Shown: positions 38,201 to 49,091 of the stretch, in pieces
How positions within the stretch are numbered: position 1 is the stretch's first letter
Layout of the letters: each line of letters starts with the position of its first letter
Source: Macrostomum lignano
Taxonomy: Eukaryota
Length of the DNA: 64,000 nucleotides
Assembly (NCBI GenBank): GCA_002269645.1
Contig: NIVC01002884.1
Location: 1 to 64,000, forward strand
Direction of reading: 5' to 3'
The notes under the pieces: model-generated
What the model was told of the DNA's origin: nothing
What the model saw: the letters and a program-made list of their open reading frames with translations, nothing else
Database searches by the model: none
Translations under genes and position numbers: made by a program

Positions 38201-41200
38201 TGGATATTCCCAACTGCAGATAGTAACCCTCTTGAACTGAACGAAGCTGCTTGCGTCCTGAATTTGAGGGGTGACGCCATGAAGTTTGTGAAACAGCGAC
38301 AGTTTCTTGCTGACGTGTCAGCCTGCGTCATTGTACTGCTCCCCGATGATGAGGGCTTGGATACTCAGCAGCAGAGTGCAGTAACAGAATCTCTCAGTGA
38401 CCTATTCAAGAAAAATAAAAACCTCCTGCTGGTTTCAACTTCGATCGATGTTCCACGCTATGTAGAACAACTGACGTCAGCTGAAAACTTTGGCAATGAT
38501 TTTATGGACTCAGTGTCAATAGTTATTGGTAAAAAGAGGCTATCTGATTGCGTGAATGATGTAAAGATACAACTCAGCAATAGGCTAAGCGAGGCGCAAC
38601 AAAATTCTATTTCAATTAATGCTATGATTGAAAACGCAAAAAAATTTACAGGTTGGCAAGTTGATGAAGTTCAGAGAGAAATTCGTTTGCAGCAAAAAAA
38701 TGCTGAAACACTGGTTCGCACGGCTCGTAGCATTTCGGTGGAGCAAAAGAAATCGTTGTTTCCATTGCAAGAAGAGCCTTGGAAACAGATTGCAAAATTA
38801 GAGAAAGGCATTGTAAGAAATGTCCAAAAATTGAGCTCGGAAGAAAAACTTAAGCAAATTGATGAGGATGAATCAAGGATCAGAGAGCTTCGACAAAAGC
38901 AAATGGAGCTTCTATCGAATGAAATGGAAAATCCGAAAGGCTTTATGAAGTTATTTTTCGATTTTCTTAACCAAGCCTCAGAGGATTCGGCTGTGCTTAT
39001 CTTTTTACAGTGCTTGAAGATTAGTTTTGATGCACAGGCTACTCTAACTGAGGCTCAGGAAGAACAGAATAAAAGAGTTGGAATCGAGTATATTCTCCGT
39101 GAGGTCTGCCAGGTGTACGAGGCAATTGTGAGTACCGATAGCATGGCTACAAAATATCGAGATTTCACCGACAAGCTGCTCACCTCCACTGTGCAGCTGC
39201 TGCTGCATGGACACCCAATTGAGCTGATGGATGGAGACGTCAGCTGCATCCCTACCAAGTGGGTCGAGGCGCTGATGAAAAAACTGCACGAGACCCTCGG
39301 TGACAAATCATTGCTGGTTGTGTCAGTGCTGGGAGTTCAGAGTTCTGGAAAATCAACGCTGTTAAACACCATGTTCGGATTGCAGAATGCAGTTAGTGCA
39401 GGTCGGTGCACAAAAGGTGCATTTATGCAGCTGGTGCAAAATGACCCAAGGAAATCAGGCCTGCCAATAGATTTCGTCATAATCATAGATACTGAAGGCC
39501 TGCGTTCATCAGACAAAGGAGATGCAGGAAGGAGCCTCGATAACGAGCTGGCCACAGTGGCAATCGGGCTGGCTGACGTCACCATCATCAAAATTATGGG
39601 TGAAAATGCAGCAGAAATTTTAGACGTATTGCAGATTGTGGCTCATGCGTTTTTGAAAATGCGGGCAGCATCAGAAAATCTGGTGCGAAACAAATCCTGT
39701 CTGTTTATTCACAAAGACGTGTCTGCAACAGACTCGAAAGAGAAGACCCAGACTGCTCGTGATCGGCTGCTCGAGACGCTCAACAAGACGGCGCAAGCAG
39801 CAGCAGCTGATCAAGGCATTGAAGAAGTGAAGAGCTTTAGTGACATCATAGCTTTCGATTGCAATGAAAGTGTGATTTTTCTACCAGCTCTGTGGGAAGG
39901 CGAGCTGCCTCGAGCGCCAGTGAACCCGGGGTATTGCCGTGGAATACAAAACGCTAAATGCCGGTTATTTGAGTGCTTGCCCAACGCAGCTGAGTCGAGG
40001 CTGACTTTGAAACAATTTTCCACAAGACTAAAGGACCTGTGGGAAGCAGTTTTGAAAGAAGACTTTTTGTTCAGCTTCAAGAATACATTAGAGATCAATG
40101 CTTACCGAGAAGTTGAAAGGTGTTACACTGAGCATAGGAAAAAGCTGGAACTAGGCGTCTGGACTAATGTCACAAAGGTCCATCTACCGAAAATGCGATC
40201 ATGCACAGATATAGATCTCTTGTCTCGTACGCTTAGAGAATTGACTTCTGAAACTACGAAATACATTGAAGAGCGTTTCGGAGAAGTAAATAAAGAGCTA
40301 AAGAAATTCTTCACAAGCCATGACCAAAACCAGATTATTGTGCAGTGGAAGGAAAGAACTCTGCTACATTTGGATGATGATAAAGACAGGCTAATACGCG
40401 AACATACTTGCAGGCTTTGTGAAGTGAAAGAAGAGCAACGCGTTCTGCTTCAGAGTAAAGGAAAGTCTGATAAGTGCAAGAAGAAGGTATTTAAGAAAGC
40501 AGGCAGCCTAGCTAAAGAAATGAAAAATAAAGAAATGAAAATGACAGAATCAGAGGTAGAAGAGAAATTTGACGTCTTCTGGGAGAAGGAAATGAGCGAA
40601 TTGTCGCGCACTGACAAGGCTCCAACTGACTTTCATGGCACGGCTGAGAAAATTCTTCGGGAGTTGCATAGTGAAAAAAATTCTATAATTGGTGAAGTAA
40701 TCGACTTTTTTCGGAGCCATGTGAATAGTTCAGTAAACCTGGACGAGTCATTGAAGGAAATACTTATCGAATTCAATCGCCAGAAGAAAAACTGCTTGTA
40801 TAAGCGATTAGATGTCGAAAAGACTGATTACGATTGTCAACAACAAAGTTTGGACATAGCCGAAGGAATTTTTGACAAAATAAAGGAGCAGGAAATCGAT
40901 TCACTCGTTGAAGAAGAAAATAACATTGCTAAGGTGTTCGATGACATTGCTAAGCATATTGATGGAGAGGTCCGCGACTTCAATTCAGAAGAGCAACATG
41001 GCGATGAAAAAAGACTAATCACTCTCTTACCGCAGTTCAATATGTGCCTGCAAGCATTTTCAACGTTTTATGCAGCAACAGTGTTTACGGAGAGGCATGA
41101 CAAATTCGAGCGAGAGCATGGTGCCAAAGCGAAGCTGCAGAACTTTAGGCCAACAATTCTACAGGAGTTTCTGGGCATTTTTAGACAGGAGAGTGAGGAA

Positions 41201-42328
41201 GTGAGCAGTGCGTGCCTCATCGGCAATCTTCTTGGCGAAAGCGTGCGCACGGAGGCTCTCCGAGATGCTGCGAATGATATTGCTAGAGAAATCATGGAAA
41301 CAGCTAGCTATGAAAGCAAAAAAGAATTGTTTGAAACAATCATGTCCAGCTTGGTCAACAGATTTGAGGAACAAGAACTTTCTGAAGAAAATAAGTTTCA
41401 GGAATTCATGGATTTCGTGCAAAACAGCAACGAATTTGCAAAAAAGTGGTTTAGAAAACAAGTTAATACTAAATTCTTTCAGAAGGTTGACAGAGAAGAT
41501 TCAGAGTACACACTTCTTCTGAGGAAAGCAATTCAGACCCACATGAAGCCGATTTTTGAATCTGTAGAGGAAACAACCAAGAAAGTGAAGACACAGCTTG
41601 AAGAAGCAGGAGAGGATGCTAAACTTTCATCCAACCTGTTGCAGATGTGGACTGACACATATAGTAATTGTTACGACAAAGCAGGTGCAGTCAACTTCGA
41701 TGTGACAACTGACCGATCAATTAATGATCTTGAAAACTTTTCTAAGCTACTTCTAGAGAAACTGAAAGCTATAGAAGAAGATATACTCAGAAACGCTCCA
41801 ACAAAGTACGAGGAAATGAAATGGGATGGAAAAGCACCTGAAGTATACACAGGCAAGTTCTTCGGAATTCATAGGAATGCTCGTATGTTAATTGTGCGAA
41901 GCTTTCCTTGCTTTTCTGCGATTTTCGGCGGTTACAGAGATAAAACAGAGAAACTTTTACCAAAATGGTTGCGGAACCAACAACCACTCTGTCTGATGGG
42001 GTGGGTAGAAGAAAAGACGGACAAATTGGCTCTTGTCAGTTGCCGTAGAGCTCGAAGATTCACTTTGAATGAAGAAAAAAAAACAATCAAGAAAAAATTA
42101 CTGTTTTTACCAACTGATTTTGAGGTATGTGATGAAGTAACGCAAAGCCAGTTTTGGCAATGGTTTGTGTGTAAGTTCAAGAAGGAGTTGGAGTCAAAAT
42201 ACGGCAAAGAATTGGCGGCTGTGCCAAAAGAGTGGCAGGATATTAGTTTTGACGAGGCCAAGGACTGGCTTTCAAGACATGAACTTCAGGCTGAGGAGCC
42301 AGTTAATAGATCGTGCAACATCCTGTGA
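35225..42328 (+). CDS. GVIN1: Interferon-induced very large GTPase 1-like (VLIG/GVIN1, URGCP family) protein, 2367 aa, single coding exon, N-terminal MACPF-like domain
   Basis: Uninterrupted 7.1-kb ORF. G1 GVQSSGKS (39332-39355), G2 SAGRCTKGAFMQL, G3 DTEGL (39488), FIHKDV. URGCP-like CCDARLKQLIAEKLFDCKMAVP and RLGVSTVSKSQIIN. C-terminal FWQWFVCKFKKELESKY...PKEWQDIS. N-terminal FFSNFGSHVTYGTVYFGT (36053-36106) resembles the MACPF signature. Confidence 0.9.
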   Translation: MSDSSSTANAELMDDEKLKENAEQEKKEKEEKEEREKQAAKDFVAAKEKEAIERHTEESRALKAVEKHAEQAAAGERNQKLQDNSEAQKKLDSGQQMLEQNQQQRQQLTRPLSDTEVVEVLSSAAEGAALKGLFFLEGQWVRKERQLMEICEPLSFIPSDLSKSFYEEFSTQKQLDNFSSSLTTGELKVGMQADVNVGLSATKAKADASYYKEGTQGTEKHKTSCFISRCRVHTQAAGACNLKQSQLRLSAEAVEELKKIDKELNLKGKADSSIESFFSNFGSHVTYGTVYFGTLFVTTAEYKSERLEDAETYRELVSKELDASFATAFGPRVGFGAHGRLAKGESTNRECSSDQRMENIVIKSTERGNGGTVEEPQNFAIITKLSSQHGAWNLVKHHKSEFHNPSALSQALKSVWESLTGLRDEEVDGECSDAIESANEFVKGVCSVISNSGQIQTLKQWEDRLRTVCDKLERIEQLTVPDRKGEGWVHLESVQQFLEAFWSEKRDLDCFEGEAIKKQLKRLIELSGSKEFPKKEKIVCLMQEKSVKPKYTALSDMRITTPEQLLDAIRSRTLPDMQREISKPGCDEEKVLQVVRQDLTAAVRHLLKHLEADQKRALFVTLLALLEASFQLENEEFDLLLTREKIEAMTENLDEMIQELRKLENTGEPQFIDCQLLKILILHEGGKWSFRESAISLLNHVAWTSTVRQAVESFKTSKDWNSLSEKVNGLLTNFTRDGKPLQLSFAVDEPSQNSVEVPSTEFLEVTRNSLTEDQKKLFRILNLTESFPDKITPCEVMKLQDESQASPNHMEDIAYRILKAVIMTDYESVRNFLKTKLKTSSPAAPAAIKNGWYKGEDSSKAEEGAEVSPFPSDVFLACFLCCDARLKQLIAEKLFDCKMAVPIAWSAAEGVQLFTWPLRSCVLKYKVHGEVNVQKHMISDYFRVISVLRLGVSTVSKSQIINKCIDDKHLAFSEPSESRSSRILSAGSIEQAWIFPTADSNPLELNEAACVLNLRGDAMKFVKQRQFLADVSACVIVLLPDDEGLDTQQQSAVTESLSDLFKKNKNLLLVSTSIDVPRYVEQLTSAENFGNDFMDSVSIVIGKKRLSDCVNDVKIQLSNRLSEAQQNSISINAMIENAKKFTGWQVDEVQREIRLQQKNAETLVRTARSISVEQKKSLFPLQEEPWKQIAKLEKGIVRNVQKLSSEEKLKQIDEDESRIRELRQKQMELLSNEMENPKGFMKLFFDFLNQASEDSAVLIFLQCLKISFDAQATLTEAQEEQNKRVGIEYILREVCQVYEAIVSTDSMATKYRDFTDKLLTSTVQLLLHGHPIELMDGDVSCIPTKWVEALMKKLHETLGDKSLLVVSVLGVQSSGKSTLLNTMFGLQNAVSAGRCTKGAFMQLVQNDPRKSGLPIDFVIIIDTEGLRSSDKGDAGRSLDNELATVAIGLADVTIIKIMGENAAEILDVLQIVAHAFLKMRAASENLVRNKSCLFIHKDVSATDSKEKTQTARDRLLETLNKTAQAAAADQGIEEVKSFSDIIAFDCNESVIFLPALWEGELPRAPVNPGYCRGIQNAKCRLFECLPNAAESRLTLKQFSTRLKDLWEAVLKEDFLFSFKNTLEINAYREVERCYTEHRKKLELGVWTNVTKVHLPKMRSCTDIDLLSRTLRELTSETTKYIEERFGEVNKELKKFFTSHDQNQIIVQWKERTLLHLDDDKDRLIREHTCRLCEVKEEQRVLLQSKGKSDKCKKKVFKKAGSLAKEMKNKEMKMTESEVEEKFDVFWEKEMSELSRTDKAPTDFHGTAEKILRELHSEKNSIIGEVIDFFRSHVNSSVNLDESLKEILIEFNRQKKNCLYKRLDVEKTDYDCQQQSLDIAEGIFDKIKEQEIDSLVEEENNIAKVFDDIAKHIDGEVRDFNSEEQHGDEKRLITLLPQFNMCLQAFSTFYAATVFTERHDKFEREHGAKAKLQNFRPTILQEFLGIFRQESEEVSSACLIGNLLGESVRTEALRDAANDIAREIMETASYESKKELFETIMSSLVNRFEEQELSEENKFQEFMDFVQNSNEFAKKWFRKQVNTKFFQKVDREDSEYTLLLRKAIQTHMKPIFESVEETTKKVKTQLEEAGEDAKLSSNLLQMWTDTYSNCYDKAGAVNFDVTTDRSINDLENFSKLLLEKLKAIEEDILRNAPTKYEEMKWDGKAPEVYTGKFFGIHRNARMLIVRSFPCFSAIFGGYRDKTEKLLPKWLRNQQPLCLMGWVEEKTDKLALVSCRRARRFTLNEEKKTIKKKLLFLPTDFEVCDEVTQSQFWQWFVCKFKKELESKYGKELAAVPKEWQDISFDEAKDWLSRHELQAEEPVNRSCNIL

Positions 42329-44206
42329 CGATTATGAAGTACTTTTTGTTAAATATGCAACTATATAAAAATAACTTTAAGATAATGAGGTTTGATATCA
42401 GCGAAAATATTAGCTATCAATACTGAGATCACTACAGTAGGTACATTCTGAATTCCAAAGAACTACGCACGTAGTTTAACCGAATGTACTGCACCATTTC
42501 TTAATAGCTAGCTCGTAAATTGCTAAGCCAGTAATTGTTCATTGATGAATTTTTGTTTAACTTACATCTTTATTTCTGTCAGTATGATACAAAATTTATC
42601 CAAATAAGCAAAAAATGATTACTCAAAAACCTTACCGATTTACGAGCTAAAAGTTTGGAACCATCATTTTGATTAAAGTATTTCGGCTGAAGTCGAATTT
42701 CAAAACCGTTTGTTGGTATTGTTCGTTCAGTTGATTTTTAGTTTACGAGCGTATTTGACAAAATTACTAAATCACATTAAAACTTTTTCCAAGACCCTCA
42801 GGCATCGTTTTTTAGCTATCTGATATGCCTGCAAAGTCTTACAGAAACTAATATTTTTGAGTAGCTACGTTCATAATTCCTAGATTTTTATAGTCATGTT
42901 TTTTTTCTCATTTTTTGTACGATCGTAATTTAAATTGTAAACCCATAATTTAAACTGTGTTGAACTACCCATGTATTGCAAGCTTGTAACCACTTTCTCA
43001 ATTAGCTAGAGACTTCGTTTTTATGACTCATTTTGCATATTTGTAATTGAGGTCTGTTTAACTGCTCTATAATTTTGATTAGCTACACTATAGGGTGATA
43101 GAAATCGAACCCGAAGTCAATTATTCTCGCTTATTTTTTGCGTTTCTTATATATAATTTTTTTGCACCTGAAAAGCAGATTTTTCGACTTCTCTATATTA
43201 TGCTTATTATTATCCAGATTCGTTGAGCGGTACCGATGAATAATATCAACTTTTTATTTTATATCAACGTATTTATCTTTTATTGTACAGGATGTTCAGG
43301 AGCGATAGTTGAAGCCCCAACATATATTCCAGATTCTCAACCGCGTATAAATTTAGTTATCGAATTGTTCTTTATTAATTGAAATAAATATATTCAAATT
43401 TTAATTTTTTAATTATACAACGTAAAACATCACAAATAGTAATCTGCACTATATATACATGTATGGTTATCTGCTTATTATCCTAAATGTTTCGCCTGCA
43501 GTTTGCTTCCTCTTTCAAATTGAATAGATTAAAGAATTACAAGGGTTAATGGCGTCAATGTGATAACCAGGAGTACAAAAATTGCCCACGCGAAGTTTGC
43601 CAGCCGAATTTTGCAAATCGATGATTGCCGAAGTGCACATAACATTTCCCTGGTTCTTTGACTCTAGTATGTCATTGTAAGATTGTAATACGAGTATAGC
43701 AACATGCGTTTAAGGTCGAAAATTAGACTATCGATCAATGGAAACTCGAGGCTACAACTAAATATAACTCGTACGCTAGTAGCATGTAATTTAGGTGCGT
43801 TATGTACATGTATGCCGATGCTTGCTTTAATTTGTTAAAACGATGAGTGGGTGGGAAATCCAAGATGCGGGCAAATTAAGCGGGCAATCCTTGGTGGCAA
43901 ATTTCCCACGGGCAATTTTCATAGACCCGATGATATAATCTCTCTAATCGTTCAGTCCGCGTCATCCCTTTTTTCTTGATATCACCCTCCAACTCTTGTG
44001 AGTTTTGCCCCCCCCCCCGAATGAGCAGTCTAATCTAAATATACTAAATCTCTAATATTTGTATGCTTGTCCATAACGCTCTAGTCCTATATACTAAATC
44101 CATAATACTAAAAAAGGTTTGTTGGTATGTGATCGAGTTCTGAAAAATTTTAATCTTAATAAAAGAGGATAAATGAAGTGCAGTTCATATAAGCGCAGCT
44201 TGTGGC

Positions 44207-44590
44207 CAAGGACCACTAGAAGTCTAGAAGTTACCGTTGTATCAGGACGTAACACACTTAAATATTGCAAAATTATTTGAAGGCCCGCTTGTTTGCATCG
44301 CAGCTAAACTTTGGATCAGCTGCACTTAAAATGACAATTTTTCGCCAGGTTGTTTGCAATTTCGTTTGCTTTAAGTTGACGCAAAGTTTGGCCTTATATC
44401 TACATGTAGGCGTGTAGAATAATGGCTTTACGCAATATTTCTTGCAGTTAAAAAGAATAAAGCTGGAGAGTCATTTTAACTATCATAAACATCGCTAAAT
44501 ACACTGTAAAACAGCGATCCTTCAAATAATAATTTTGCAATACTTAAGAGTGTTACGTCCCGATGCAATGGTAACTTCTAGTGGTCCTTG
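44207..44590. mobile_element. MITE with imperfect TIRs of about 75 bp
   Basis: CAAGGACCACTAGAAG...TTGCAAAATTATTTGAAGG (44207-44283) mirrors CCTTCAAATAATAATTTTGCAA...CTTCTAGTGGTCCTTG (44519-44590); no clear TSD. Confidence 0.75.
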
Positions 44591-46638
44591 AGTGTGACCC
44601 CTCCCGGTAAGACAAAACAGACTTTTTATTTATTTTTCCTATATTTCTTCCTCTTTTGACTTTGTCCTCCAATTACCAGTCATCAAGATTGGACACAAGC
44701 TTACGAGTCTGCTAGTCTGCCAGTCTGCTGCTCATCCAAATCTCTTCCACCTGTTGAAGCTTTTACTCGGATCTGTGAAGAGTCCGTACACTCTCAAAAC
44801 AGTAATCACCTTTCTGTCGCTGCTAAGTCGCTACTTGCTGCAGCCTCATCATCCGTGACGCATATCGGGGACCGCCGCTCCCTCCCTATCCCACTTGGCA
44901 AGCTGTGGGCAGTCCAGTACTCGAACTCTGAATGTTCCGCCTGCGATCGGTCCGCAGGGATGGAAGCGTAAAATATACAACAAAACCATTATCCATCAAG
45001 ATAAAAATATTGCAATAATCCTAAATCCAAACTAAATACATTAACAGGTCGTATGACATTTATAAATTTCTCTGATTCATACTGACCAAACCTAATGACC
45101 TTTAACAAGAGGAGAAAAAGGACCACTTATAAGTAGGACGCGACACTGCTTATTCTCTAGCATATTCTAGCGTCACTTTCTCTAGCCTCGCTTGCTGTCT
45201 GGTAACATAAAAATACATATACTCAGCAACATTCAAAACCGCCGACCAAGAGCATTGCCTTTCCAACTCTCACTCAGACGCACTGGGTCAGACGCAGTTT
45301 GCAAGCTACGCTGACACTAATGAAGCAGTACTAGCTAGCAGAGACCAAAAATTAAAAAAGAAAAACTCAAAACAAACCATTGATTTATCTGGTCTGTCCT
45401 CGCTCTGTTTTGCAAAATGATCACATAATTGAAATACAAAAATGATTCTGGCACTTTTGTTATTGTACAGGTAGGTTTTATAGGTATTCGGTAGTACGCT
45501 CTTGTTAATACGAGGGGTCACATGCGGAATTATTAGTCAAATAACAATAATTCATATACTACTTACTAAACAGTAGTTTTGAAGTTATTTGCATCAAGCG
45601 GTTCCCTTTGATGCGATAAACTTCACAAAGAAGCTGTCCTTAATTTTTATTCGGCACACACAACCGGTAACTTTATCAGGCATTAATAATTTTATCAATG
45701 TTCATTAAATTTGAAATTCGAAGTATAATAAAATAATTTCGCCATGATTGGACGATTGCAGCGTTCTACTCTTAAAGGAACATAAAAATAAATAATATGA
45801 GAGGTCTGTAGTGGGCTTTCTATGGGCTGGAAAATAGCCTATGCCAATAGGAAGCTTGCCCTAGATATAATCAATACTAACTGCTGTAGCTAAACTAATT
45901 ATTAAATATGAATATAGATTTCAAGCAATAAGGATTACTACAGTATGCTGCATCTCAATCAATATTTCTATTAAACTAATTCAAAAGCTGTCCTTATTAA
46001 TGCGACACCTGACTTTATGATCTATAAATTTAACTTCTATTGCTGTTTAGCAATGGATTGGAATTTCCAACATCCCAAATCTTCAGATTCTCAAACTATA
46101 CAATCTACCTCTACACAAAAGATGGAATATGGTAACTGATTAAACAGCTCATACAGTACTTTACAAACAGAGCTTATGGTATATGAGCATAAACAATCTT
46201 AGGGCAGAAAGAAAAAAACAAAATCTATGAGTGAGTGCATCAGGAAATTGCACTAACTGTCAGCATAAACAGTTCATACATAGAGAAAATAAAACTTTAA
46301 CTAAATAATTACACCAATTGTTTGTAAATCTTTGTGCAACCATAGTATTCATCATTAAAAAGGCCTCAAATCAATTTAGCCGCCCTAGATGAAAATTGAA
46401 CATTCAATGAAGCCAAAAATGGAAGCAAGATTTAACAAGCTAGTCTATGTACCTGCTGTATGGGCTTGCTGGAACATGCTCGGAGGTGCATATGAGCAGA
46501 ATGGGAATATATAAGAATACGAATAGCACTGCACAGATGCTTGCAAAAAGCTTTGCTAATGGACGAGTGTGATTCGTTCTGACGGGCAATGCTCTGCTTT
46601 TGAAGAATTATCCGTGATTTTTGACGTGGAAACACATG

Positions 46639-46648
46639 TTACAGCTGC
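46639..46648 (-). CDS. SLC25A37: Putative mitoferrin exon 4 coding part (adds QL*)
   Basis: Minus-strand acceptor TATTATTGAATTTCAG|GCAGCTGTAA; completes the phase-2 Arg codon from exon 3, then Q, L, stop. Confidence 0.45.
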
Positions 46649-46724
46649 CTGAAATTCAATAATAATAGTGGCCTCGTTAAACATGCAATTTTTTTTTCAA
46701 ATTAAGGCAGGAATGTCACACAAT

Positions 46725-47258
46725 GAATGGGTGACAGATACAGATACAGAATGTGTGACAGGTAGAGACACAGAATCGGTGACAAGTACGAGTAGAGACA
46801 CAGAGTGAATGACAGGTAGAGACACAGAGTGGGTGACAGGTTAAAGACGCAGACTGGGCGACAAGTAAAGACAGAATGTGTGACAGGTTAGAGACACAGA
46901 GTGGATGAAGTGGATGACAGGTAGAGACAGAATGGGTGACAGGTAGAGACACAGAATGGGTGACAGGTAGAGACACAGAATCGGTGACAGGTAGAGACAG
47001 AATGGGTGACAGGTACAGACACAGAATCGGTGACAGGTAGAGACACAGAAAGGGTGACAGGTAGAGACACAGAATCGGTGACAGGTAGAGACAGAATGGG
47101 TGACAGGTAGAGACACAGAATCGGTGACAGGTAGAGACACAGAATCGGTGACAGGTAGAGACAGAATGGGTGACAGGTACAGACACAGAATCGGTGACAG
47201 GTAGAGCACAGAATCGGTGACAGGTAGAGACAGAATGGGTGACAGGTACAGACACAAA
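46725..47258. repeat. 20-24 bp minisatellite (GTGACAGGTAGAGACACAGAATCG/ATGG)n in the last mitoferrin intron or 3' UTR
   Basis: Tandem array starting about 10 bp from the donor at 47269. Confidence 0.92.
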
Positions 47259-47269
47259 ATGAAACTCAC

Positions 47270-47544
47270 CTGTTGTCAATCACCAGCGGATTAACCTGAG
47301 ATCCAGCCGCCGCCGCCGTAGCGGTGGCAGTGGCGGCCGCCCGCCCGCTCTCGCCGCTCAAATACCATTTGAAGGTTTCGTACACCAGCCAGGAGATGGC
47401 GGTGCCGGGCATCTGGAAGACAACGCGAGCTTGGACGCCTTTGAAGTAGCCGGCGAAGCCCTCAAGTCTGTAGACGGTGCGCAGGGCGCTGCCGATTGAA
47501 GCTACGGGGCGGAGTCGGCCGGCCGCTTGCAGTGCGCACTGCTC
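47270..47544 (-). CDS. SLC25A37: Mitoferrin exon 3
   Basis: Acceptor CTCTCCACAG|GAG; EQCALQ...RTVYRLEGFAGYFKGVQARVVFQMPGTAISWLVYETFK; ends AACAG|GTGAGT (read-through gives AGG TGA, stop at 47266-47268). Confidence 0.9.
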
Positions 47545-47589
47545 CTGTGGAGAGTGGGGACGGGACCAGAGGGAGAAAATGTTTCAATG

Positions 47590-47765
47590 TGAGGGCAATT
47601 CTTTGGGTATCTGTGGGGCGATTTTTAGGGTATATGTGGGGCGATTCTAGGGGTATCTGTGGGGCGATTCTTGGGGTATCTGTGGGGCGATTCTTGGGGC
47701 ATCTGTGGGGCGATTCTTGGGGTATCTGTGGGGCGATTCTTGGGGTATCTGTGGGGCGATTCATT
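47590..47765. repeat. About 24-bp minisatellite (GGGGCGATTCTTGGGGTATCTGT)n in mitoferrin intron 2
   Basis: About 7 tandem copies. Confidence 0.88.
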
Positions 47766-47887
47766 GGATATTTATTGAAAGACTTCTAGTGTACCTCTAG
47801 GCGGAATTCTTTAAAGTACACGCCATTCTAAGGCCGCATGCAGGGCAATTTCAAATATTCTGACAGGCTATGTAATAGGCTACTCAC

Positions 47888-48186
47888 CTGAGTATTAAGC
47901 AGAGTCTTGCACACGTCCAGAGGATTAGTGCAAGCCGCAGCGCAGGCGCCGGCAATAGCGCCGCTAATCACGTGAGTGCTAGGCGCGTAATGCCGCTCAG
48001 AATTCACATAGTCCTGAGCCAGTTCGTAAGCGTTGAAGTGTACAACGTGGAAAGGTATATTCATTACTAGCTGGGTTGTGTAGGCCCGGTAGAGTGCGGC
48101 CAGGCCTTCGCTTCGAAGTACAGCGCGAAAACAGTCGAGAGAGTTGGAGTAGGGCGAGCGATACACTTGAACTCGCTGCTTCACGG
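47888..48186 (-). CDS. SLC25A37: Mitoferrin exon 2
   Basis: Acceptor CCAACCAG|CC; AVKQRVQVY...[16 protein letters not shown]...[13 protein letters not shown]; donor CAG|GTGAGT, phase 0. Confidence 0.93.
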
Positions 48187-48869
48187 CTGGTTGGGAGATT
48201 GAAAATCAGATATTGCATATAGTCTCATGGAAGAACCATGCAGTAAAAGAACACTTATAATTGTTTGGGCAATGTATTAGATGCTGGTATTAACAGTAGA
48301 AAGACCACGTTATTTTTCCACATGGGGAAAGACCACGGGGGTGTATTACAAATACACACGACCCATCTCACGATAGCTCGCAAACCGAATTACCGATTCG
48401 TAAAAGTCCTCCAAACGGATCAAAATTTCAACCCTTTCCGACGAACTAACTTTCAAAGTCATCCGACGTCAGCATCGTCGAGATATTCAACGATTCTTGT
48501 TGAAGACACTGGTGGCAAGGACAACCAACACAACACTGTATAAACCCTTATGGTGAATCCATATTGGCTCAATAATCTGGGTCCATCTGTCTTAGAGGCC
48601 TTTGTTCTCAGCATCCCAGGCACCAGGGTCCCCTTCATCACCGTCTGGAGCATCGGCGGCGACCGTCGGGACCTACAACAAAAGCACCCCATCGGCATTT
48701 CATCGGCGTTCCCAAAGCTGAAATGGAAGAATCCTCTTCTGCATGCAGCATTCAGTCAGTGGACACAATCGGTGAATGAAATGGACGATGGCGACCCTCT
48801 AGGCTGACCTGTAGACATACAGGCGACCTTCGGGACCTTCAACGGAGTGCCACCACGCGGCCCTGACGA

Positions 48870-49091
48870 GCTGGCACCCCCAACATCGTGATTTTTCTAT
48901 CAAGGCACCAAACCAAATTTTAAATTGGAGAGCTACAGATTTAATTGGCGACTGAAAAATATAAAATATTTAAATTTCAAAAATGAAATCTGTAACTCTC
49001 CAATTTAACATGGGGCAAAAGCATTGTATAATATGCAGACATGCCTGGTTTGGTGCCTTGATAGAAAAATCACGATGTTGGGGGTGCCAGC
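48870..49091. mobile_element. 222-bp hairpin/MITE with 46-bp perfect outer IR and a nested inner IR
   Basis: GCTGGCACCCCCAACATCGTGATTTTTCTATCAAGGCACCAAACCA and its exact reverse complement at 49046-49091; inner TTAAATTGGAGAGCTACAGATTT / AAATCTGTAACTCTCCAATTTAA. Confidence 0.85.

Noticed and set aside
36706-42261. Short antisense ORFs within the GVIN-like CDS
   Set aside because: Shadow ORFs of the long sense ORF with no independent signal.
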